A DNA stretch of 64,000 nt from Desulfonauticus sp. 38_4375 (GCA_001507915.1 LGER01000002.1:10804-74803); one strand, 5' to 3'. Counted from the stretch's first letter, positions 39,124 through 49,427 are shown. The notes: generated from the sequence alone by a model not told the origin. Program-made: numbers and translations.

Positions 39124-39918
39124 TTACAGCCAGCGTTTTCTTCGGCGATAGTGCTTTACTTCTCTATAACTTTTCTTTTCTCCTGCATGTCCCATGCCCA
39201 GATAAAATTCCTGTACATCAGGATTATTTAAAAGTTCTTGGGCTTCTCCTTCCATTACAATGCGTCCATTTTCCAGAATATAACCAAAGGATGAAATAGT
39301 TAGAGCAGCTCTGGCGTTTTGCTCTACTAAAAGTACAGAGGCCTTTTCTTCCCTATTGATTTGGGTGATAATATTAAAAATTTCTTCTACTAAAAGAGGA
39401 GCAAGCCCTAAAGAGGGCTCATCTAAAAGCAAAAGTTTGGGCTCAGCCATAAGGGCCCTGCCAATGGCTAGCATTTGTTGTTCTCCCCCAGAAAGGTATC
39501 CTGCCCATTGCTTTCTTCTTTCTTTTAAGCGGGGGAAATAATGATAGACCTTTTCCAGGTTTTCTTTGAATTTTTTGGGGTTGGTATAAGCTCCGCACCT
39601 TAGGTTTTCTTCCACACTCAATTCTTCAAATACCCTTCTACCTTCCATTACCTGAAAAATGCCCTTGCGTACTATTTTTTCCGGAGGTTCATTGTGAATG
39701 GGGGTGTTTTGATAAAGAATCTTTCCTTCTGTGACCTCACCATTTTCACTTAAAAGCAAGCCAGAAATAGCCTTGAGAGTGGTGGATTTTCCTGCTCCAT
39801 TGGCGCCAAGGAGGGCTGTAATTTGGCCCTCCCTGACTTTTAAAGACAGTCCCTTTAACACCAAAATTATCTTGTCATAGACTACTTCTACATTTGCTAA
39901 TTCAAGGATATAAGCCAT
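39124..39918 (-). CDS. livF: Liv-type ABC transporter ATP-binding protein (LivF-like)
   Basis: 264 aa. GANGAGKST, LSGGEQQML and LLLDEPS. Confidence 0.85.
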   Translation of the reverse strand: MAYILELANVEVVYDKIILVLKGLSLKVREGQITALLGANGAGKSTTLKAISGLLLSENGEVTEGKILYQNTPIHNEPPEKIVRKGIFQVMEGRRVFEELSVEENLRCGAYTNPKKFKENLEKVYHYFPRLKERRKQWAGYLSGGEQQMLAIGRALMAEPKLLLLDEPSLGLAPLLVEEIFNIITQINREEKASVLLVEQNARAALTISSFGYILENGRIVMEGEAQELLNNPDVQEFYLGMGHAGEKKSYREVKHYRRRKRWL

Positions 39919-39921
39919 AAA

Positions 39922-41082
39922 CTATTTACCCAGCCATTCTTTTTTTCTTTCCAGATCAACTTGTTTTACAAAATTAAACTTACCATTTTTTATCTGATAA
40001 ATAAATACAGACATGTTGGGGCGATGGTCATCAGGAAAATAACTTATAGGTGGAGTAAGTCCCAAGGGGTCATAATTGCGTAAAGTCTCTAAAGCTTGTT
40101 TAATAGCAGGACCACTTATTTGACCCTTTTGAGCAGCCAGTTCAATTCCCTTGGCCATTACCAGCATGGAAGCAAAGCCTCTGATATAGTGAGTCATTTG
40201 GACCTGGCCCTGGGTAAGGGATTCAATAATTTTCATCCCTGGCACCTGTTGTCCATAAATGGCTGCAGCTTGTAAAGAATAAATTCCTTCACAGGCTCCA
40301 GGAGCTAACTTCAGGATGTTTTCATCAGAACCCCAGATGTTTACAAAGAATACAGGAGAAAAGTTTAATTTTTTAGCGTCCTTTAAAATAACAGCTGTAG
40401 AAGGAGTAGTGCCCCCTATCCAGACATAATCTGGATTTTTCTTTTTTAAACTAAGTAATTGGGTAGTTGCATCAATGGCCTTAAGACTTACATTTTCTTC
40501 TCCCACGATTTCATAACCTATTTCCTGGGCGTATTCTTTAGCAGCAGGAATGGGGGCAAGACCATAGGGGTGATCTGGATAAATAAAGGCCAGTCTAGGC
40601 GCTCTAGGTTCTTTCCAGTTTTCTTTGAAGAACTTTAAGGCTGCTCGAATTTGAGTAGAATAATCAGCTGCAATAAAGAAGTTATAAGGTGCTTTTTTGG
40701 GATCTGTTAAATGGGCAGAATAAGAAGCAGAAAAGGTAGGTATTTTGTCTTTAGCTACAAAACGAGTTAAAGCCTCTGTATCTTGAGTTCCCCAGCCCTG
40801 AAGGGCTACAATCTTTTCTTTGTTTACAAAACGCTTATAAGCACTAATGGCTTGCTGGGCGTTGTAGGCATAATCTACTTGAATGGCTTTGATCTTGTAT
40901 CCAGCTATGCCCCCTTGAGAGTTTAAATACTTCACACAGTCCAAAATTCCTTTTGCATAAGGTCTGCCTACTGCTGAGGTAGGACCACTTAAGTCAGAAA
41001 GCACTCCAATTTTTATCTCCTTGGCTGTAGCCAAAGAGACAAAGAGTAAAACCATTAAAAAACTCAACCAAATCTTACGCAT
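39922..41082 (-). CDS. Liv-type periplasmic substrate-binding protein
   Basis: 386 aa. Signal peptide MRKIWLSFLMVLLFVSLATA. Located within the liv-type operon. Confidence 0.8.
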   Translation of the reverse strand: MRKIWLSFLMVLLFVSLATAKEIKIGVLSDLSGPTSAVGRPYAKGILDCVKYLNSQGGIAGYKIKAIQVDYAYNAQQAISAYKRFVNKEKIVALQGWGTQDTEALTRFVAKDKIPTFSASYSAHLTDPKKAPYNFFIAADYSTQIRAALKFFKENWKEPRAPRLAFIYPDHPYGLAPIPAAKEYAQEIGYEIVGEENVSLKAIDATTQLLSLKKKNPDYVWIGGTTPSTAVILKDAKKLNFSPVFFVNIWGSDENILKLAPGACEGIYSLQAAAIYGQQVPGMKIIESLTQGQVQMTHYIRGFASMLVMAKGIELAAQKGQISGPAIKQALETLRNYDPLGLTPPISYFPDDHRPNMSVFIYQIKNGKFNFVKQVDLERKKEWLGK

Positions 41083-41113
41083 AAAACCCTCCCCTTAAAT
41101 AAGTTATCCCTTT

Positions 41114-42163
41114 TTAATGAGCAAAGGGATATAATTTAAAATAAGCCTTAATTAAATGCCAGCGGTGAGCCAGTCCTTCTGGCTCAAAAATAAGAAATAA
41201 GATTAAGATTAAACCAAAAATTCCTTCTTTTAGACCCAGGAGATAGGTGCTTATATCCGGGAAAAAAGCACTTAAATGTTGAGAAACTATAGAAAGAAAT
41301 TCAGGCAGTAGAGTGATAAATACTGCACCAAATACACTGCCAATTATTTTACCCATACCGCCAATTATAATCATTGCCAGGTAGGAAATGGAAAGGTGAA
41401 TGCCAAATTGTTCTGGAGTAATGTACATGGCATAAACAGCAGCAAGCCCTCCAGCAATACCTGCAAAAAAAGAACTTATTCCAAAGGCGTAAAGTTTGTA
41501 TTGAAATAGATTTATACCAATTACTTCTGCAGATAAGTAAAAATCTCTTATGGACACAAAGGCCCGTCCATATTTACTGCGCATTAGATTACTTATGGCC
41601 AAAGTGGAAATAAGGGCAAAAAAGAAAAGTAAATAAAACATTTTTAAATCATTATCAAAGTAAAAGTTAAAGATAGCTGGAGCATCTAAAGCCAGGCCAT
41701 TGGAGCCACCAGTTACGCTGTCCCAGTGCAAAAATACATATTCTAAAATCAGCTGGGCAGCCAAAGTGGCAATGGCCAGATAAATGCCTTTTAAACGCAA
41801 AGAAGGCAGGCCAAAAACAATACCTACTAAAGAAGCTACCAGGCCTCCCAGCAATAAAGCCTCAAAGAAGTTAATTCCCAGATTCATAAAATAACCTGTG
41901 GCATAGGCCCCAACTCCCATAAAGGCGCCATGGCCTAAAGAGATTTGGCCACAGATGCCAGTAATGAGATTGAGAGATACTGCTCCAATTACAGCAATAA
42001 AGATGAGGTTAAAGAGTGATAAGTAGTAACTATCTAAAATAAAAGGAACAATTAAAAGAAAAAGTAAAAATGCTCCTAAACAGGTTTTCTGAACAGGACT
42101 GGGAAAAATTTGATTTTCCTGGCCATAGCTTTCAAAAAAAAGACCGCACTTATCTGCCTTCAT
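41114..42163 (-). CDS. livM: Liv-type ABC permease (LivM-like)
   Basis: 349 aa, polytopic. GQISLGHGAFMGVGAY. Confidence 0.8.
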   Translation of the reverse strand: MKADKCGLFFESYGQENQIFPSPVQKTCLGAFLLFLLIVPFILDSYYLSLFNLIFIAVIGAVSLNLITGICGQISLGHGAFMGVGAYATGYFMNLGINFFEALLLGGLVASLVGIVFGLPSLRLKGIYLAIATLAAQLILEYVFLHWDSVTGGSNGLALDAPAIFNFYFDNDLKMFYLLFFFALISTLAISNLMRSKYGRAFVSIRDFYLSAEVIGINLFQYKLYAFGISSFFAGIAGGLAAVYAMYITPEQFGIHLSISYLAMIIIGGMGKIIGSVFGAVFITLLPEFLSIVSQHLSAFFPDISTYLLGLKEGIFGLILILFLIFEPEGLAHRWHLIKAYFKLYPFAH

Positions 42164-43047
42164 ATCCTTTCCACCTCGTGACTGCCAAAAAGGCCATAGG
42201 GTTTAAGCATTAAAATAAATACCAAAATGATAAAGGCAGCTACTTCCTTAAAGCCCCCTAGATTGAAAAGTTCCTTAGCCAGTCCATCACATAAGTTTTC
42301 CAGCACTCCAATGATAAGGCCGCCCAGGGCTGCGCCCAATAAACTGTCTAATCCCCCCAAGATAACTGCTGGAAATACCTTTAACCCCATGGCTCCCAAT
42401 TGAGAATTTATGCCATTAATATTGCCCAAAATTACTCCTCCAATAGAGGAAACCACACAGGCAATACACCAGGAAAGGGCAAAGATGTTTTTGATGCCAA
42501 TACCCATGGACTGGGCTGCCTGCTGGTCAAAAGCAGTGGCTCGCATGGCAATCCCTATGGAAGAGTATTTAAAGAAGAGGGAAAAGATGGTAAACAAAAT
42601 TACAGCTAAAATAAAAGCTGCTATGTACACAGGGGAAATGGGAAGCCCTAAGAGAAAAATGGGTTCATGGGGTAAAACCTGAGGATAGACTTTTATTTGA
42701 GTGCCCCAGATAAGCTGTACCAGGGCCTTTAAAACAGAGGAAAGCCCAATGGTAACCATAATTACACTAATTATGGGTTCGCCAATAAGTGGCCTTAGAA
42801 TCAAACGCTCAATGCTTAGCCCTAGGATAAGGGAAAAGAGCAGGGTCAGGACAAAGGAGGCTAAAAAGGGTAGACCTGCCTGAACTGTAAGGGCAAAGCA
42901 GACATAGGCCCCTACCATAACTAACTCGCCCTGAGCAAAGTTGACCACCTTGGTGGCCTTGTAAATAATTACAAAGCCCAAAGCCACCAGGGAATAAATA
43001 CTTCCCACTACCAAGCCGTTTATAATCAGTTGAAGATAGTATTCCAT
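42160..43047 (-). CDS. livH: Liv-type ABC permease (LivH-like)
   Basis: 295 aa, polytopic. INGLVVGSIYSLVALGF...VNFAQGE. Confidence 0.85.
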   Translation of the reverse strand: MEYYLQLIINGLVVGSIYSLVALGFVIIYKATKVVNFAQGELVMVGAYVCFALTVQAGLPFLASFVLTLLFSLILGLSIERLILRPLIGEPIISVIMVTIGLSSVLKALVQLIWGTQIKVYPQVLPHEPIFLLGLPISPVYIAAFILAVILFTIFSLFFKYSSIGIAMRATAFDQQAAQSMGIGIKNIFALSWCIACVVSSIGGVILGNINGINSQLGAMGLKVFPAVILGGLDSLLGAALGGLIIGVLENLCDGLAKELFNLGGFKEVAAFIILVFILMLKPYGLFGSHEVERI

Positions 43048-43048
43048 G

Positions 43049-44945
43049 TTAATTGGTCCCTTGAATTTTTATTTTTCCAGTTAGTATTTTTTTACGCCCA
43101 TCTTGATAAATGATTTCTGTTTTTAAGTTTACTTCCTTTTCTTCTGCATACATGGCTTCTATTAAATCTTGATACCTTTCCTGTACAAATTTACGGCGTA
43201 TTTTTCTGGTACGGGTAAGCTCTCCATCATCTGCATCCAGTTCCTTAAACAAAATAGCAAAATATTTTATTTTGTTTTTTTCAGGCAAAGTTGTATTTAT
43301 ATCTTTTATTTCTTGTTGAATAAGGGCATATACTTCTTCTTTACTGGCCAGGTCTTGATAGGTGGTATAGGTAAGCAGGTTTTGTTCTGCCCATCTACCC
43401 ACAATATCCTGGTCTATACAGACAATAGCTACAATATAATCTCTGTTTTCTCCCACTACCATTGCCTCTTTGATATAAGGAGAAAATTTGAGTTTGTTTT
43501 CCAGAAATTGAGGAGAAAACTTGGTACCATCTTTTAAGTGCATAACATCTTTTAAACGGTCAATTACAACCAACTGTCCATTCTCTTTAAAATAACCTGC
43601 ATCTCCAGACTTAAGCCAGCCCTGGACAATGGTTTCTTCTGTAGCCTGGGGATTTTTAAAGTAGCCCTGAAAAACCGCAGGGCTTTTGGATAGAATTTCT
43701 CCTTGTTCTGAGATTTTTATTTCAGTTTCTGGAATAGGTTTGCCCACGGTATCAAAGTCTATTTCCCCATCTCGGTGAATACAGGAAATGCCAGCTATTT
43801 CAGTCTGGCCGTAAATTTGTTTTAAATTTACTCCCAGGGCATGAAAAAAACGAAAAGTATCAGGTCCTAGGGCAGCTCCTCCAGTAGAGGCAGAGCGAAT
43901 TCTGGAAAAGCCCAACCTATCTCTTACAGCTCGAAATAAAAATACATTGGCTAAAAAGTATTGAAATTTAATCCACCAGGAAACCTTTTCCTGGTTTAAG
44001 ACCTTATTCGCATATTTTAAGCCCAGGGGATAAAAAAGGTTGTAGAGAAACCTTTTAACAGGAGTGGTTTCCATAATCTTGACCTGGACTCTGGCTGCCA
44101 GATTTTCCCATACTCTAGGAGGAGAAAAGATTAAATGAGGTCCTATTTCCCGAATGTTTTCCTGCACTGTATCTGGCTCTTCTGGAAAATTAACGCAAAA
44201 ACCAAATAAAAGGGCAGAGGCCACAGACATCATCTGTTCACCCATCCAGGCCAGAGGCAAAAAAGAGACAAATTCATCACTGGGATACTTGGGGTCTACC
44301 AACCCCAGGTTCCAGGCCATGGACAGAAGATTTTGGTGCGAAAGCATGGCCAGCTTGGGTTTGCCTGTGGTACCCGAAGTAGTAGCAATAAGACAGGTAT
44401 CTTCAGGGTTTAAAGACTTTAGCCAATGAGGAAAATTCTGCTTTTCCTCTTTGCCCAGTTTTTCCACATCCCTGAAATCCATAAGCCCTGGGACTCGATA
44501 ATTACTGAGACCTTTGGGGTCGTGATAGACGATGTACTTGAGGTGGGGAAGCTTTTCTCTTAGGGTGAGTATTTTATCCACCTGTTCCTGGTCTTCAGCC
44601 ACAACTATTTTGGCTTCTGTAAGTTCAAATACATAATCTATTTCTGAAGCTGGAGCATCTTGGTAAAGACCTAAAGCAATTCCCCCTAAAGCCTGGATTG
44701 CCAGCTCTGCAAAGAGCCATTCTGGCCTGTTATCTCCGATTAAAATGAGGATATCTTTTCGGCCCAGGCCCAGTTTTTTTTAATCCTCCAGCAAAAGCTG
44801 CAGTGTGTTCGTAAAAGTCTAGCCAGGAAAACTTTTGCCAGATGCCCAGATATTTTTCCCGCAGGGCTGTTTTTTTAGGCCATTTTTCCTTATTTTGCCA
44901 GAGCAAATGAGGTAGAGTGGTGGCGTAAGGTTTTTTCTTTTCCAT
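43049..44945 (-). CDS. AMP-dependent long-chain acyl-CoA ligase, interrupted by a frameshift at an A8 run
   Basis: ORFs 44730..44945 (N-terminus TLPHLLWQNKEKWPKKTALREKYLG...) and 43049..44602 (TSGTTGKPK, GQTE, GWLKSGD) belong to one protein. The reading frame LGLGRKDILILIGDNRPEWLFAELAIQALGG continues from the coding-strand A8 run (plus-strand T8 44774-44781). The 1897-nt span is one base more than 632 codons. Confidence 0.8.
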
Positions 44946-44948
44946 AAC

Positions 44949-45737
44949 TTAGCGTCCTAAAAATAAACTATCTTCTTGTCCCAGGTAAGCAGCAATAACT
45001 TGGGGATTTTTTTGAATTTCTTCAGGCGTGCCAGTGGCTAATACCTGCCCAAAGTCCAGAACCACAACTTCATCAGAAATATCCATTACCACTCCCATGT
45101 CGTGCTCTACCAACAAAATACTTGTTTTCCAGTCTTCATTGATGTCCAGGATATATCTGGCCATGTCTTCGGTCTCTTCCAGGTTCATCCCGGCCATGGG
45201 TTCATCTAAAAGTAATAGTTTAGGTTCCAGGGCCAAAGCCCTTCCCAATTCCACTCGCTTTTGCACGCCATAGGGAAGAGAGCCTACAATTTTGTGTCGG
45301 TAAGGAGAGAGATTGAGAAAATCTATAATTTCTTCCACGCGCAAGCGATGTGTTTCTTCTTCTCTTTTGGTCTTGCCAAAATAGAAAAAAGAGGAAAACA
45401 AGCCATACTGGAGATGGCTGTGTCGTCCCACCATGAGATTATCCAGTACGCTTAAGCCCTTAAAAAGGGCAATGTTTTGAAAGGTCCTGGCAATACCCAG
45501 CCTGGCTCGTTTGTAGGGAGGCAAGTGCAAAATGTTTTCTCCCAGGAAACGAATACTTCCCCGATCAGGTGTGTACCTACCACTGATACAATTAAGCATA
45601 CTGGTTTTGCCTGCTCCATTGGGGCCAATGAGAGAGACTATTTTTCCAGCAGGAATGTTAAAACTGACACTAACTAAGGCGGCAATACCTTTAAAAGTAA
45701 GAGTAACCTTATCTACTTCTAAGATTAATTTTCCCAT
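44949..45737 (-). CDS. livG: Liv-type ABC transporter ATP-binding protein (LivG-like)
   Basis: 262 aa. GPNGAGKTS, LPYGVQKRVEL and LLLDEPMAG. Confidence 0.85.
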   Translation of the reverse strand: MGKLILEVDKVTLTFKGIAALVSVSFNIPAGKIVSLIGPNGAGKTSMLNCISGRYTPDRGSIRFLGENILHLPPYKRARLGIARTFQNIALFKGLSVLDNLMVGRHSHLQYGLFSSFFYFGKTKREEETHRLRVEEIIDFLNLSPYRHKIVGSLPYGVQKRVELGRALALEPKLLLLDEPMAGMNLEETEDMARYILDINEDWKTSILLVEHDMGVVMDISDEVVVLDFGQVLATGTPEEIQKNPQVIAAYLGQEDSLFLGR

Positions 45738-46384
45738 TGATCTGCAAAATCCTCTGGTCCTATAATGGTGTAGTTACGGTTAATAAGCTCTTTAACTATT
45801 GGAGTTGGGTCATCTGTTTGTACTCTTAAGACAACAATTCTTTTATTTTGATGGAAAAAAGTACCTGTAGATATTATACTAAAGCCAAGCTCTGCAATAA
45901 AAGAGGAAACTTCAGCAATTACTCCAGTCCTATCTTCTACTTCAAAAGTAATTCTGGCTCCTCCCTGTCTAAGTCCCATTTCTTCTACTAACACTTCTAG
46001 CATAACTGACCTATTTATATAACCTATGAGTTTATTTTTTCTATTAACCACTGCCAATCCTGGTAAGTCCTTTTCGTACATTATTTGAGCTGCAACTTCT
46101 ATTTCTGTAGAAGGGTGTACACTTACAATGTCTTTGCGAATCAGCTTTTCTACAGTTAATTTGGCCAGAATGTAGTTAATTTCATGTTTACTCAAAGAAG
46201 TAGCTAGAGAAGGAAGGGCCTGACGCACATCTTCCTTGCGCAAATATCCCAGAAGTTTTCCTTTCTCATCAGTAATTAAAAGCATCCACAGTTTATTTTC
46301 TTCCATAATCTTGTCTGCATCAACCACTAAATCCTGAGGAGAAAGGGTGGGAAATTGGGTAATCATTTTTAAGCCAACATACAT
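45725..46384 (-). CDS. CBS-pair plus ACT-domain protein (AcuB-like)
   Basis: 219 aa. Two CBS-like repeats followed by an ACT-like ARITFEVEDRTGVIAEVSSFIAELGFSI. First gene of the minus-strand operon. Confidence 0.65.
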   Translation of the reverse strand: MYVGLKMITQFPTLSPQDLVVDADKIMEENKLWMLLITDEKGKLLGYLRKEDVRQALPSLATSLSKHEINYILAKLTVEKLIRKDIVSVHPSTEIEVAAQIMYEKDLPGLAVVNRKNKLIGYINRSVMLEVLVEEMGLRQGGARITFEVEDRTGVIAEVSSFIAELGFSIISTGTFFHQNKRIVVLRVQTDDPTPIVKELINRNYTIIGPEDFADQWEN

Positions 46385-46645
46385 AAAAGCCTCCTTTAAA
46401 AGTTTTTTTTAGTCTTATTAAAAGTTTTTTCGTCAGTGGCTGTTTTTTTTCTGTTATCGGCCAGATTAATTCTTTGGATTCTAAAAAACTAAAATTTTAA
46501 AAAGTTTTACCTTTAAGTAAACGAAAGTAAAAACAAAAAGCAAGTTTTTCCTTCTAACCTTCTTAAAATAAAGCAAAATCCTTGACTTTTTTCCCAAAAA
46601 ACGGCCAGAATAGTGCGAAAACTTTGAAATTGAGGAGCAGTTTAA

Positions 46646-49051
46646 ATGCAGATTGTTGATTTTAAGGAATTAAACGAAAATCTAACTTTTTTTCTTAAAG
46701 CCCATAAAATTATTTTTCAGGAAAATAGTCTGGATAAAGCCTGTGCGAAGTTGTGCCAGGAAATAGGGAAAAGGCCAGAATACAAACTTGTATCTCTAAT
46801 ATTAGTTGCAGAAAAATCTTTTTTTTATGTGTGTTCGGATAAGGAAACAGAACACAAACTTGGTTTGTGGTTTAAGGAAAACAAGGAAAAATTGGAAAAA
46901 AATGGATGTCCTATAGAAAAATATTTTCAAGACAATAATTTTCTTGAATTTACTCTTACAAATTTAATTCCTGAAATAGACTTTTTAAAAGATATATTAA
47001 ATGTAGAAATTAAAAAAATATATATTTTTCCTTTAAAAATAGAAGACAATTATCAAGGAGTTTTACTTCTTGGAGTAGATAGAGAGATAAGTCAGTTGAA
47101 AATAAGTTTATATTTAAACTTTATACAAATACTTACTTTAGTTGTTATAAATTATTATTTTAAAAATAAGGAAGAAAATTTACATGCTAAAATTAAAAAG
47201 CAGGAGATTTACATTCAAAAACTCTTTTCTCAAATGCCTTTAGGAGTAATTTATGTAGAATTGCCTGAAAGAAGTATTGGCTTTGTAAATGATTATTTTT
47301 GCAAGTTGTTGGGATATAAAAAAGAAGAACTGGAAGGTAAGTCTTCCAGGATACTTTATTTTTCAGAAGAAGAGTTTTTAGAGTTTGGGGATAAAGTTTA
47401 TCCACTTTTGGAAAGTAGGGATTATTTGAACCTGTATTCTTTGATTTTTAGGACCAAAAATAATCAAAAAGTAGAAGTAAACCTAACTATTTCAGCAGAA
47501 AGAGAACAGGGAAAGTTAAAGTCTGTAATGGCTTTTGTTCAGGATGTTTCCTTTCGTAAGGAAGTATTAAATCAATTAAACGAAGCTGTAGTTATTCTGG
47601 ATAGAGAAAAGAGAACTGTAGTGGATTTAAATAAAAGATGTCTTGAATTGTTTGAAGTTGGATATTTAGAAGTTTTAAATCAAAGAATAGATAGAAAAGT
47701 GTTTTATGATTTTAGAGATAGAGACTTTATTCTGGAAAAAATAAATCAAGATCAGGAAATAAACAATTATGAAATGCTTATGCGAAGCTACAAAGGTAGA
47801 GTATTTACTGGCCTTTTATCTGTAAAAAAAGTATTTTGGGAAGGAAGTGAATACCTGCTTATTTTGATTAGGGATATTTCTGAATTTAAGGCTTTGCAAA
47901 ATATGTTGGGGCAGGCTCAAAAGATGGAATCTTTGGGACTACTTGCGGGTGGCATAGCTCATGATTTTAACAATATTTTAACTATTATTTTGGGATTTGC
48001 TGAACTGGGGTTAAAGCATCTTCAGGATAGTAGTAGGGTAAAAAAATACCTGGAAAATATTTTAACCACAGGAGATAGAAGCAAAAAGTTAATTCAACAA
48101 CTTCTTACCTTTAGTCGTCAAAAAATGGGTGAAGATAGATATCCTTTAGAAGTAAGTCCGGTAATAAAAGAACAGTTGAAATTACTGCGTGATACTCTTC
48201 CTTCCATTATAGACTTAAGGGAAAGTATAAGTAGCCAGGCTCTGGTGCGTACCAATCCTACAGAACTGCAGCAAATTTTGTTAAACCTGGTTACCAACGC
48301 CTATCAGGCCCTTCAAAAAACAGGAGGTATTATAGAAGTTTCTCTTGTGGATGTAAAAGCAGAACAGGGCCTTAGAGAAGAAGATTTTTATCTGCCTTCT
48401 GGAAATTATGTCTGTTTGGTAGTGGAAGATAATGGGCCAGGCATACCTTCAGAATACCTTCCTCATATTTTTGAGCCTTTTTTTACTACCAAAAAACAGG
48501 GAACAGGCATGGGCTTGGCCATTGTAGCCAGTATTGTGAAAGGTATTGGAGGATATTTCTGGGCCAATAACAAAAAAGAAGGAGGAGCTATTTTTAAAAT
48601 TTATCTACCTGTTTTTGAAGAAGTTGGCACTGGGATTAAAACAGAGGAGCAGACTTCTTTTAAAAAACTTCCCAAGGAATTGCCAGGATTAAATGTTTTG
48701 CTGGTAGATGATATTAAAGAGGTTTTGGAAGTAACCACTTATTCTCTGCAAGAACTGGGCTTAACTGTTAATCCATTTCAATATCCCAGGGAAGCTCTTG
48801 ATTTTTTTGAAAAAAATTATGATCAGATAGATCTGGCTATTTTAGATTTAAGCATGCCAGAGATAAACGGTAAGGAACTGGCTCTAAAGTTTAGAGGGAT
48901 AAAGCCTCAATTACCCATTATTTTTCTTACTGATTATACTGATTTACTGGATGAACAAGAAGCCAAAGAACTACAGGCTTTATTTTTACAAAAACCCATT
49001 AAGTTAGAAGAACTGGAAAAAAATATATTGTTACTCTTAGGGGGGAAGTAA
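46646..49051 (+). CDS. GAF/PAS hybrid sensor histidine kinase with C-terminal receiver
   Basis: 801 aa. H-box LAGGIAHDFNNIL, G-box GTGMGLAIV, receiver DLAILDLSMPEING. Confidence 0.85.
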   Translation: MQIVDFKELNENLTFFLKAHKIIFQENSLDKACAKLCQEIGKRPEYKLVSLILVAEKSFFYVCSDKETEHKLGLWFKENKEKLEKNGCPIEKYFQDNNFLEFTLTNLIPEIDFLKDILNVEIKKIYIFPLKIEDNYQGVLLLGVDREISQLKISLYLNFIQILTLVVINYYFKNKEENLHAKIKKQEIYIQKLFSQMPLGVIYVELPERSIGFVNDYFCKLLGYKKEELEGKSSRILYFSEEEFLEFGDKVYPLLESRDYLNLYSLIFRTKNNQKVEVNLTISAEREQGKLKSVMAFVQDVSFRKEVLNQLNEAVVILDREKRTVVDLNKRCLELFEVGYLEVLNQRIDRKVFYDFRDRDFILEKINQDQEINNYEMLMRSYKGRVFTGLLSVKKVFWEGSEYLLILIRDISEFKALQNMLGQAQKMESLGLLAGGIAHDFNNILTIILGFAELGLKHLQDSSRVKKYLENILTTGDRSKKLIQQLLTFSRQKMGEDRYPLEVSPVIKEQLKLLRDTLPSIIDLRESISSQALVRTNPTELQQILLNLVTNAYQALQKTGGIIEVSLVDVKAEQGLREEDFYLPSGNYVCLVVEDNGPGIPSEYLPHIFEPFFTTKKQGTGMGLAIVASIVKGIGGYFWANNKKEGGAIFKIYLPVFEEVGTGIKTEEQTSFKKLPKELPGLNVLLVDDIKEVLEVTTYSLQELGLTVNPFQYPREALDFFEKNYDQIDLAILDLSMPEINGKELALKFRGIKPQLPIIFLTDYTDLLDEQEAKELQALFLQKPIKLEELEKNILLLLGGK

Positions 49052-49069
49052 ATCGTTAAAATACTTTTA

Positions 49070-49426
49070 GTGGAAGATGATGAGCACATACGCAATTTGA
49101 TTAAAGAAACCTTATCCTTTAATAACTTTATCTTTTTGGAAACAGATAAGGGAAAGGAAGCTCTGGAAATATATACCAGAGAAAAGCCAGAGGTTTTGAT
49201 TGTGGATGTGAATCTGGCAGATTCTGTCTCAGGGTTAGAGGTGGTTAAAGAAATCAAAAGTAAAGCTTCAAAAAGCAAAATTCTTATTTTAAGTGGAGCT
49301 ATTCCAGAGCAAGAAAAAGAAAAGTGTTATAAGGTAGGAGCTGATGCTTATTTACCCAAACCCTTTAGTCCCTTAAGCCTTATTCAAACCATGGAAGATT
49401 TTTTAAATGAATTAGCTGGAGAATAA
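49070..49426 (+). CDS. single-domain response regulator (CheY-like); true start probably upstream of the tracked GTG
   Basis: Receiver motif VLIVDVNLADSVSG...LSG...LPKPF. The beta-1 strand IVKILLVEDDE is encoded from 49052, directly after the in-frame TAA of the upstream kinase, with no ATG/GTG/TTG before GTG 49070. Confidence 0.75.
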   Translation: MEDDEHIRNLIKETLSFNNFIFLETDKGKEALEIYTREKPEVLIVDVNLADSVSGLEVVKEIKSKASKSKILILSGAIPEQEKEKCYKVGADAYLPKPFSPLSLIQTMEDFLNELAGE

Positions 49427-49427
49427 A

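Noticed and set aside
46454-46461. Perfect sigma-28 -10 box GCCGATAA on the minus strand upstream of the CBS/liv operon
   Set aside because: No TAAA -35 element lies at the required ~15-nt spacing. An 8-mer is expected by chance about once or twice in 128 kb of two-strand sequence. The downstream operon is not motility-related.
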